IMG/VR virus record: IMGVR_UViG_3300030616_000016
Location: 1-64,000 of that record
DNA length: 64,000 nucleotides
Reading direction: 5' to 3' (one strand)
In this document: positions 10,547-18,731 of the stretch, piece by piece
Layout of the letters: the number at the start of each line of letters is the position of its first letter
How positions within the stretch are numbered: the stretch's first letter is position 1
Made by a program: the position numbers and the translations under genes
The notes under the pieces: generated by a model
Databases searched by the model: none
Seen by the model: the letters and a program-made list of their open reading frames with translations, nothing else
Told to the model about the DNA's origin: nothing

Positions 10547-11322
10547 ACTATCTCCTTGATTTCTTTGTCTGTAGTCTCTAGCACGCCTATTCTCTCTTCT
10601 AATTCGCCTATGATTCTGTCATAGTCTTCTTTCTTCTCTCTGAAGTGGTTGTACCACCATTTATTCACAAGTCTTTTCTTATGGTATCCATCTCTAAGAA
10701 GCTTGAAATAGAGTCGATTCTTTCTATCTATGAAATATTGGCTATCGTTGCTCTCATGATGATATCCATGGAATATTATTATGTCTGACAAGGCTGGGCT
10801 CGTATTTGCTTCTATTGGTCCGCCATGTATACATCCACTAATCGTAATAGGAGCTTTTGTCCTAAACAATCTATTATAATTAAATTGCTTAAGCTTTCCA
10901 CCTTTCTTTTTATCAAATATTAATAACGTTCTATAGTAATCTTTATCATGCATTCTTGCATCATCTGGAACATACAGGAACTCACCTGTATCCAGCTGCA
11001 GATGATATTCCGACTCACAAATCCGCTGCTGATACTTCAAAAGACCATCAAATCCATGTGTATATATCCATCCCTCAGGAATACCAAAAACCCTACATCC
11101 ATTATTCTTTGCCAATTCTACTGTATTGTCCTGAGAGCAGTCGTCTAATATGATTATCTTATCTGTTATTCTTCTTGCTGAATCAATGAGCTTTTGCAGA
11201 AAATGCGCTTGGTTTGATGTATGACATACAACTGTAATATCGCCTATATCAATTCTTTCTGCCTTAATGTCATCTACAAGAGCGCGCATTTCACCATCAC
11301 TAAGTTTCCATATCTCACTCAT
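10543..11322 (-). CDS. Glycosyltransferase family 2
   Basis: IIILDDCSQDNT, LDTGE, RLFR motifs. Confidence 0.8.
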   Translation of the reverse strand: MSEIWKLSDGEMRALVDDIKAERIDIGDITVVCHTSNQAHFLQKLIDSARRITDKIIILDDCSQDNTVELAKNNGCRVFGIPEGWIYTHGFDGLLKYQQRICESEYHLQLDTGEFLYVPDDARMHDKDYYRTLLIFDKKKGGKLKQFNYNRLFRTKAPITISGCIHGGPIEANTSPALSDIIIFHGYHHESNDSQYFIDRKNRLYFKLLRDGYHKKRLVNKWWYNHFREKKEDYDRIIGELEERIGVLETTDKEIKEIV

Positions 11323-11337
11323 GAAGCTGTCTCCGTT

Positions 11338-11973
11338 CTATTCGTCATAGAACCCCTGATCAAATGTCCACTTGAACATTTCTCTTATTAATTCTTTAGT
11401 CTTATTAGTGTGCTTCCAGTTTTGATATTTATCTTTTGGTGTTTTATTAACTACCGGAATTGTTATAGAGTCGTCTATTGGCACGCCCAGCTCTTTCAAT
11501 TTAACAGGGAATTGATCCATATCTTCCATCTTTACTATGGTAAGATTATCTGGTATCTTACCATCTATATTAAAGTAATCCCAGAAGCTTAGAGCGGATC
11601 CGCCATTCTTATGTTTCATTTCATCCCTAAACCACTCCACAAACTCTCCAAACTCCCTATCATTAGCCGCAAATGATTGCCTATTCCTTCTTCTATGCTC
11701 ATTGTTTAAGTTGTGAAGCCTTCTCCAGAATCTCCAGAAAGAAGGTAGCAAGTCATAAGGATTACGTATGAGAGTAATAATCTTGTTTTCTTCTAGGTTA
11801 AATGTCGGAACCTGGATCTTTCTGCTGAGGGGTTCATGGTAATTTCTTAATACAACTCTTCCATGAGGTCTATGAAAGGAATCATCTTGTCTTTCTAGAT
11901 ATACTTTAATTGAAGTACCACCACATTTCATGCAGTGTAAGAAACCTACTTTGAACTTTGGACTGTATATCAT
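11338..11973 (-). CDS. Sulfotransferase family 2-like protein
   Basis: FLHCMKCGGTS, IRNPYD; start placed downstream of the promoter. Confidence 0.8.
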   Translation of the reverse strand: MIYSPKFKVGFLHCMKCGGTSIKVYLERQDDSFHRPHGRVVLRNYHEPLSRKIQVPTFNLEENKIITLIRNPYDLLPSFWRFWRRLHNLNNEHRRRNRQSFAANDREFGEFVEWFRDEMKHKNGGSALSFWDYFNIDGKIPDNLTIVKMEDMDQFPVKLKELGVPIDDSITIPVVNKTPKDKYQNWKHTNKTKELIREMFKWTFDQGFYDE

Positions 11974-12006
11974 AGTTAAATCTCTCTTGTGTTTTGTATA
12001 TATATA

Positions 12007-12034
12007 ATTATAACACAGACACAAGACGAGTCAA
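12007..12034 (-). promoter_or_regulatory. sigma70-like promoter TTGACT-N16-TATAAT
   Basis: Upstream of the glycan-modification operon. Confidence 0.7.
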
Positions 12035-12061
12035 TAACTTAATCATATACAAGAAACCCAC

Positions 12062-12103
12062 CACCCAAAAGCGGTTTATCCACAAACAAACCGCTTTTGG
12101 GTG
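12062..12103 (-). terminator. 16-bp perfect hairpin, probable terminator
   Basis: CACCCAAAAGCGGTTT-10 nt-AAACCGCTTTTGGGTG just after stop of 12122 gene. Confidence 0.6.
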
Positions 12104-12121
12104 TTACAAGCACAGGCACAG

Positions 12122-12460
12122 CTAGCGCAAATAGTTGTATCGTCTATCGAAAAGCGCAGCTACATCTGCGTGGGTATTAATATCTTTGATGTTACCTAGA
12201 TCTGCTTTCTGTTTCTTGTTCTTATCTATTTGACCATAAGCTTTTATGTTGAATATCTCGCCCGTACTATTTTCAATCATAAAGTATCCGGTTGACCCAC
12301 AATCCAGATAGGTATATTTTCTTTTCTCACGTATTACCCATGTATATGATTCTGTCAAGTTGCCCATGTCATCAAAAAATGCACCGTTTGTATAACCATT
12401 TTTTATAAGGTCGTCACGCTGCCACATGTTTAAATGATTAGCTATCTCTTCTACTGTCAT
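12122..12460 (-). CDS. Hypothetical phage protein
   Basis: SD AGGAG. Confidence 0.6.
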   Translation of the reverse strand: MTVEEIANHLNMWQRDDLIKNGYTNGAFFDDMGNLTESYTWVIREKRKYTYLDCGSTGYFMIENSTGEIFNIKAYGQIDKNKKQKADLGNIKDINTHADVAALFDRRYNYLR

Positions 12461-12562
12461 TTAGTTCTCCTTATATTGCCTTACAGTAGTGTTCCTGGTG
12501 CAAATACACCGCCAACAGCGCCGCGTCTATGACACTTCTCACATGGATGTGTAAGGTGATGT

Positions 12563-12769
12563 TTACAGCACATCTTTCCTACAGAATGTTATTGTAGCTT
12601 TTGGTGCATATATCCCATGCATACCTTTATGATATGTATAAGCACAGCCCGGCGTTTCTTCTGGCTTCTTATATATCCAGTTTCTTCCGCAGTGACAACA
12701 CACATAAATAATTTCTTGTGGGGTTTCTTGTAGTATATGATCGCAATGATCGCAATCTTTATTGCTCAT
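12563..12769 (-). CDS. Small Cys/His-rich hypothetical protein
   Basis: SD AGGAA; CDHCDH and CCHCG. Confidence 0.5.
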   Translation of the reverse strand: MSNKDCDHCDHILQETPQEIIYVCCHCGRNWIYKKPEETPGCAYTYHKGMHGIYAPKATITFCRKDVL

Positions 12770-12783
12770 TGTTAATTCCTTTC

Positions 12784-13260
12784 CTATTCTGCTTCAAGAT
12801 CAAACTTACACCATGGACACTTTCCGTTCTCTGGTCGCATAAACGTGAATAGACTTTTGCATTTTGGACAGCTTTCATAATCTGATGCTTGTGTTTTATC
12901 AAGCAACGCCTCTCTTATGACATCCCAATTAACATAAGGTTTACCACCAGTACGTGGGTTTTCCTTTAATGGACAGCCAAACGCCGCATCATCAATATAC
13001 AGAGGACAATACATCTTCCGACTTTGATTCCAATCTATCTGTTGCGGGTTTTCGTTTATCCCGTGCAGAAAAATCCCCTTTTCGCAAAACCAATTTACTG
13101 CGTCCTCAAGGGTCTGACCTGAGCGTACAGTCCATAAATAAATCCAATTATCTTCCTTTACTAAGTCTTTAAGAGTTTCAACTGCTCCAGGTACATCTTC
13201 ACCTATATCTGGGAAACAATGGTCAACACATGTTCCATCAAAATCTACAGCGATATTCAT
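12784..13260 (-). CDS. HAD-superfamily hydrolase with C-terminal Zn ribbon
   Basis: VDFDGT and YIDD motifs; SD AGGAG before ATG at 13260. Confidence 0.75.
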   Translation of the reverse strand: MNIAVDFDGTCVDHCFPDIGEDVPGAVETLKDLVKEDNWIYLWTVRSGQTLEDAVNWFCEKGIFLHGINENPQQIDWNQSRKMYCPLYIDDAAFGCPLKENPRTGGKPYVNWDVIREALLDKTQASDYESCPKCKSLFTFMRPENGKCPWCKFDLEAE

Positions 13261-13261
13261 A

Positions 13262-13717
13262 TTATTTAACTCCTGTACTCCCAAATCCGCCCTCACCTCT
13301 TTCAGTATCACTCAGCTCTTTGGCTTCGATAAACTGAGCTATTTCTACTTTGGATAAAACAGCCTGCGCTATTCTATCGCCTTTGGATATTTTGAAGTAT
13401 TCATCACCATGATTGATAAGGATAACGCCAATTGTATTTCTGTAATCAGAGTCAATAGTACCTGGAGAGTTAAGCACAGTTACATGATTTTTGTATGCAA
13501 GCCCGCTTCGAGGACGTATTTGTAGTTCATAACCTTGTGGTATTTCTACAATTACGTTGGTATTAATGAGTGCTGTTTCGCGTGGATTCAATATATAATC
13601 TTCAGCCGCGCATAAATCAGCACCAGCAGAACCAGGCGTTTTATACTCAGGTACCTTGCCATCTTCTTTGACAATAGTTTTAACGATTACAGTCTTGATT
13701 GTGTCATGTCCGTCCAT
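13262..13717 (-). CDS. dut: dUTPase
   Basis: AGADL, RPRSG, GTIDSDYR, RIAQ, RGEGGFGSTG. Confidence 0.97.
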   Translation of the reverse strand: MDGHDTIKTVIVKTIVKEDGKVPEYKTPGSAGADLCAAEDYILNPRETALINTNVIVEIPQGYELQIRPRSGLAYKNHVTVLNSPGTIDSDYRNTIGVILINHGDEYFKISKGDRIAQAVLSKVEIAQFIEAKELSDTERGEGGFGSTGVK

Positions 13718-13758
13718 ACTCTTGGCTCCTTACCTAGTTCATATATAAATTATTTATA

Positions 13759-14415
13759 CTACGCTACATCGTAGCTGATTGTTACAAATCTTGGTGCAAA
13801 CTCACGACTGCCTATTATTTCATCATACAAAACAAAATCCATCTCGCTTATATTTGTTGCATTATGTATGGAATATTTACATTCATTATATCCTAGAATA
13901 CTCATTGTTTCAATCATATTATTTTTAGCATCCTGATGTGAATCACATAAGCCGCCGAATACTTCTTCAGAAGGAGAAAATTGCTTTCTTCCTAATGATA
14001 TATCGAATATAGGATCCATTAAAGCGTTCATAAATAGTTCTGCATGATTTTCATCTGATGTTATAATTACAGAAAATGCGGCGCCTATTAATACACTCTT
14101 AGTAATAATAATTGTATTGTTTGGCGTCCCGTTCTGATTCATTCTATCAGTATAATTTTTATATCCATTAGTGAGTGTGTTTCGTTGGTCTTCTATATGT
14201 CCTTCACTAAACACATAGGTATCCATACTGATACTGTTATTAACTTCAAGAATTTTGTCGGTATCTTCTCTTTCTATTCCAAGTGATGCACATAGCATCC
14301 CAACAACACCGCTTTTGGTTGGAAATCTGAGCGTCTTCTTAAACCTGTTTGGGCTTCTATCTCCCCATGACTGCTCTGGTCCAATTAAATTCATGATAAT
14401 ATATTTACTGTTCAT
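13759..14415 (-). CDS. cas5e: Type I-E Cas5e
   Basis: GPEQSWG, PTKSGVVGML, LGRK motifs. Confidence 0.9.
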   Translation of the reverse strand: MNSKYIIMNLIGPEQSWGDRSPNRFKKTLRFPTKSGVVGMLCASLGIEREDTDKILEVNNSISMDTYVFSEGHIEDQRNTLTNGYKNYTDRMNQNGTPNNTIIITKSVLIGAAFSVIITSDENHAELFMNALMDPIFDISLGRKQFSPSEEVFGGLCDSHQDAKNNMIETMSILGYNECKYSIHNATNISEMDFVLYDEIIGSREFAPRFVTISYDVA

Positions 14416-14439
14416 AGCTTCTCCAATTATATGTTAACA

Positions 14440-14894
14440 ACTTATTCCCCACGCATGTGGGGCAAACGTGCAAGCAGGGACTGACGCCCCTCGGAATTGA
14501 GATTCATCCCCACGCATGTGGGGTACACTGTTCTTGGTGTAACTCTTTTAAAGGCATCTGCGATTCATCCCCACGCATGTGGGGCAAACATTCCGTATAT
14601 TTCTGCTTCACGGCTTAACATGGATTCATCCCCACGTATGTGGGGCAAACGCATCCTCGCACTGCCGGTAAAGATACGCCAGCGATTCATCCCCACGCAT
14701 GTGGGGCAAACATTTGTTTGATGCCATGCTCTCGTGCAAGGCGCGATTCATCCCCACGCATGTGGGGCAAACAATGGGTTTCGGCGGCGGTCATGGCATT
14801 TTCTCGATTCATCCCCACGCATGTGGGGCAAACAATGGGTTTCGGCGGCGGTCATGGCATTTTCTCGATTCATCCCCACGCATGTGGGGCAAAC
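14440..14894 (-). CRISPR. Type I-E CRISPR array 1: 8 repeats (terminal one degenerate), 7 spacers
   Basis: 28-bp repeat GTTTGCCCCACATGCGTGGGGATGAATC (minus strand), 61-bp period. Confidence 0.97.
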
Positions 14895-14941
14895 ACCTAC
14901 ATCTTGTAGATGTAGGTGTTGGTTTTGCTACATATTGTATA

Positions 14942-16081
14942 CTAGATTCCCTCTAATATACCTGCTACCGCTGCATCAATTTTAGTATCACCTTTCATAC
15001 CAGTTGTACACTCGAACTTAGGATTGATACAAAACTTTTCTTTAGCTTCGTTCCACTTGTCAGATACTCTTTTGATAGATTCTTCCAAGCAGTTTTTACC
15101 CAGTTCAACAGGGGTTAAGAACTGATCACCGAACGTTTTTGGATAGCCGTTCTTTCTGATCATAAGAATATATGCAGGATAAGTTGATGCAAAGTAAGAT
15201 GTGCTCATTCCTGATGGAGCGGCCATGATTGAACAGACAAGCGCGCATTTAAGTACACCTCTGAACTCTTCATCGTCAAGAACACCGCCAATATTATTCT
15301 CACTTCTGAGCTGATCAAGATTGATAGACTTGAACATATAATAGCAACCGGTATTTGTTTCTTGATAATCCATATGAGCTGCGCCGGCATCATCTTTCTC
15401 ATGCATTTCTTCAGCAGCAATGAACGCATTGATACTTGGAACAGTTCTATGGGTTGTGAATGCAGAGGAGCTTTTTACAGCAGACTCTATATTATCTCTG
15501 CCGGCAATCATTCTTCCAAACAAATAGATATCTGACATATCCTTACATATAGTATCAGTAGCTTGAGTGATTGCTTTTATCGCTTCACTTCTCTTATCAG
15601 GATCAGTCTTGTATGTCAGCTTTTTGTATTTTTCTTTAGTAAATTCTTGAGAAGTTTTGATATCACATGCTTGGACCTTGCCTATATCCTCTTTGTGAGC
15701 TCTTAGAATATCAGCAATGTTTGCCATTTCCTGATTTGAAACAAATACAATAGTAGACAACTTATTAATATCATCTTTATGTGATCCTTTAATGCCATCA
15801 GTACAAATACGCTGAAAGTATGGCATTTCTTCTTCTGGAACCACGTCTGCTATCGCCTTAGCAACTTCTCTGGTGATGTATTTAGTACGATTGCCGCCGA
15901 AGTATTCCGGCATCTCTTCCTTACATACGGTTCTCCAAGCTCTCTTCAATGCTTGAGAAGAAATCATTCCTCTAAGCGAGTCATTAATGTTGACGCTCTT
16001 AGGTGTTCCATCCATGTCTCTATTCATACAGTGAATAGGAAATTCCTGAATTGTGTGTATCTCGATGTGATCCATTTCCAA
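14942..16081 (-). CDS. cas7: Type I-E Cas7 (Cse4)
   Basis: MNRDMDGTPK, ISSQALKRAWR, LFGRM, AFTTH. Confidence 0.92.
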   Translation of the reverse strand: MEMDHIEIHTIQEFPIHCMNRDMDGTPKSVNINDSLRGMISSQALKRAWRTVCKEEMPEYFGGNRTKYITREVAKAIADVVPEEEMPYFQRICTDGIKGSHKDDINKLSTIVFVSNQEMANIADILRAHKEDIGKVQACDIKTSQEFTKEKYKKLTYKTDPDKRSEAIKAITQATDTICKDMSDIYLFGRMIAGRDNIESAVKSSSAFTTHRTVPSINAFIAAEEMHEKDDAGAAHMDYQETNTGCYYMFKSINLDQLRSENNIGGVLDDEEFRGVLKCALVCSIMAAPSGMSTSYFASTYPAYILMIRKNGYPKTFGDQFLTPVELGKNCLEESIKRVSDKWNEAKEKFCINPKFECTTGMKGDTKIDAAVAGILEGI

Positions 16082-16091
16082 CTCCTAATAG

Positions 16092-16667
16092 TTACTTTAT
16101 TGCTTTAAGTGTGATCATTCCATAACCAAATGATTTATATGGCCCAATGCCATTTCTAAATACATTGATAAGACTCTCTCTATCTTTTACTTCCAATACA
16201 CCTACAAATACAGCAGTGCTTATGATGCCGTTCTCGACTTCATTCTTCATGAATACAGAATCAGTATTCTTTGTAATGCTGGTAATTGTAACTTCTTGTG
16301 GCTTAAGCTTCCTGAGTATCCAATCTTTTTTATCTTCTTCTTTGATTATAGGAATTCTGGTAGGTTTGCCATCGTTGTATTTTTTGATGCATGGCGCGGC
16401 TTCAACATTAAACAAATACTTTGACCAATTAAACATCTTTTCTGGTATGCTTATGGTCTCAACATTGAAGTCATCAATCTTAGAGGGAGTTATATCCGAC
16501 AATATGATAAACATATGTCCTTCTCTTTCCTCAGTATATTTGAATAAAAACTGCCTACTATCCAATTGACTGAAAGCTTTCCATATAAACTGATGTCTAT
16601 GATATGGATCATTTAGACAATTCATATAGAAGTTTTCATCATCTAATATTAATCTTGATGCATACAT
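16092..16667 (-). CDS. cas6e: Type I-E Cas6e (Cse3)
   Basis: MYASRL, DPYHRHQ, GIGPYKSFGYG Gly-rich loop. Confidence 0.92.
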   Translation of the reverse strand: MYASRLILDDENFYMNCLNDPYHRHQFIWKAFSQLDSRQFLFKYTEEREGHMFIILSDITPSKIDDFNVETISIPEKMFNWSKYLFNVEAAPCIKKYNDGKPTRIPIIKEEDKKDWILRKLKPQEVTITSITKNTDSVFMKNEVENGIISTAVFVGVLEVKDRESLINVFRNGIGPYKSFGYGMITLKAIK

Positions 16668-17204
16668 CTATTCATCACCTCCCATACACAACTGTTCTTC
16701 TGTGAGGAGGGAGTTTTTATTTCCCCAATATTGAATAGCCCAGTTTTCTCGTACTTGACAGTTCCATTCAAGAATGTTGTGACAAAGCTCATCAAGATCA
16801 TAATACAATGATTTGAAATCAATTGCAATATTCTTGTCTATCATATGCGTTACAGATCTTTTAATAAGTTCAAGCATAGATGACGTGGTATTTGTTTTCA
16901 TGATGCAGTGGAAAATCGTTTCTGTAGAGCTAGATGATCTATTTACAAGTAGTTTCATACACTTACCAAATTTATTTCTGCCACTGGTCTCAGCCTTTTG
17001 ATATAAATATGCAATTGTAGCAGCTACATCTACTCTAACTTTATCAGATAGATTAAATCCAGCTTCAATTAGAACTGGATATATTTTGCATCTAGTATTC
17101 CTATTAATCCCATATTTAATTAGGCCTCTTAATGCACCATCATACTTACTTCTTGCTACAATCTTCAGTAGCCTGTCTATAGGATATTCTTGTGTTTCTG
17201 ACAT
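16668..17204 (-). CDS. cse2: Type I-E small subunit Cse2/Cas11
   Basis: Operon position, size, IDF..L..DL and WA..YW motifs. Confidence 0.8.
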   Translation of the reverse strand: MSETQEYPIDRLLKIVARSKYDGALRGLIKYGINRNTRCKIYPVLIEAGFNLSDKVRVDVAATIAYLYQKAETSGRNKFGKCMKLLVNRSSSSTETIFHCIMKTNTTSSMLELIKRSVTHMIDKNIAIDFKSLYYDLDELCHNILEWNCQVRENWAIQYWGNKNSLLTEEQLCMGGDE

Positions 17205-17216
17205 TATGTATTTCTC

Positions 17217-18731
17217 CTAGGATTGTATAAACTTGTCTCTTAAATTAACAATATCTCTGTTTAGACTATTCTTAGCTTGAACATAAGCACGAATGTCTCT
17301 AGCTGATGACTTTCCACAGATACTATCAAATATTTGCAAAGCAGTGCGGATAACTGGAGATACCCACTTTATCTTCAGGTTTTCTATAGCATTTTCACTA
17401 TTGTCCTCAATAAGCTCTATTAGTATCTTATATTTATTATCCATCTTTGACCAAAACTCTGTCAAAGGATTATATCCCTGACTAGTATCTCTATTAGACT
17501 TAATCCTTTTAAAATATAAATTTATTTTCTCTAATAAAATACGTCCGATTTCATCCATGAATTTACAACTCTTAATATACTTATCAATAGATGATCTTTC
17601 TCTGATGTTCTTTGGCATTACCCCAATCCACTCATCTATATCAAATAGCTTTGTTTTTCTGTTCATGAAATTTGCTTGTACAGACCAAAGGACTATATAA
17701 GGACTACTAATTTCATTGGCCATTTCTCGTAATTGTCTGATATGTAGATTGGTTTTTGCTTGATCATCATATGTATTAATTACGGCTCCTAGATCTTTCC
17801 ATGCATAACTTCCTTTACGTAATGCAAAGTAGCGCTCTTCGCCCTTATAGTTTTTGCGCACTACAGTTTCAGGCTCTTTAACTAATATATTCCCATTAAC
17901 TTGTTTACGTAATTCAGGACAAATTGTTGTTCCGCTAACGAACCTTTTTGTTTCTCTGTCAATCTTTAATATACATGACCAGCTACACATTCTACCAAGA
18001 TATGTTTTATAAGCGTTTTTAGCAAATTCTTCGTCATTGACAGAACTAGGTTGCGTTTCCCACACTGGTTTACCCCATGATTCTTCTGGATTTGAGTAGC
18101 CAAGAAATGGTAGATTTTCTTTAAATATCATATTCATATGAATAGTTTCTTTAAGTGTATTACCAATAAGCTTAGTCATATTTCTATCGGTTCCAACACC
18201 TCTTACCTGGTAGTTGCCAAGTTTTTCTCCCCATGTGATTGGCTGTGCTGTGCCACCAGATGTAAACGTATGGAATGTAATAAGATTTTTGGCTATATTT
18301 GCGTCGCTAATATCTTCTGGTTTATAAGGCCTTGAATTAATACAATCATCAGATCTTGATGCGGTTTGTGATTGTATATTTAACTGAGATACGCATATGC
18401 CCTTTTCCCAGTCTGTGTTTTCTATTGATGGCACCTGCATAAAAGCCCGGTCTCCATATAGGTCAAACAGGTCTACTTTATTATTAATATATTCAATAGC
18501 AGAATCTTTAAACGTATCTTTAATTCTGGTCCACTCTTCCATGTTATCGGGGCCATCAATAGCTGCTTGGGATATACAAACCAACATTCTAATTAATGAC
18601 ATTCTAACAATAGCAGACTCATTGATAAACATAATATTATCTAAGTTCTGGAATAGATCTTTAAGTCCATATGTAGTGAATCGGTTATCTTGAAGCCTAA
18701 CTCGGATCCATGCATCATTTACTAAGTTCAT
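17217..18731 (-). CDS. cas8e: Type I-E large subunit Cas8e (Cse1)
   Basis: MNLVNDAWI, FDLY...AFMQ, GNTLKETI, PVWE. Confidence 0.88.
   Translation of the reverse strand: MNLVNDAWIRVRLQDNRFTTYGLKDLFQNLDNIMFINESAIVRMSLIRMLVCISQAAIDGPDNMEEWTRIKDTFKDSAIEYINNKVDLFDLYGDRAFMQVPSIENTDWEKGICVSQLNIQSQTASRSDDCINSRPYKPEDISDANIAKNLITFHTFTSGGTAQPITWGEKLGNYQVRGVGTDRNMTKLIGNTLKETIHMNMIFKENLPFLGYSNPEESWGKPVWETQPSSVNDEEFAKNAYKTYLGRMCSWSCILKIDRETKRFVSGTTICPELRKQVNGNILVKEPETVVRKNYKGEERYFALRKGSYAWKDLGAVINTYDDQAKTNLHIRQLREMANEISSPYIVLWSVQANFMNRKTKLFDIDEWIGVMPKNIRERSSIDKYIKSCKFMDEIGRILLEKINLYFKRIKSNRDTSQGYNPLTEFWSKMDNKYKILIELIEDNSENAIENLKIKWVSPVIRTALQIFDSICGKSSARDIRAYVQAKNSLNRDIVNLRDKFIQS

Noticed and set aside
12076-12084. 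Perfect DnaA box TTATCCACA in a hairpin
   Set aside because: Single copy with no box cluster; the hairpin is better explained as a terminator
14497-14985. Plus-strand ORFs across array 1 (likewise 21231-21911 and 22531-22962)
   Set aside because: Translations of CRISPR repeats (RFIPTHVG / IHPHACG / DSSPR)
17204-17214. GAAATACAT match to the ncRNA loop motif before cse2
   Set aside because: It is the SD-to-ATG spacer with no surrounding stems; likely coincidental
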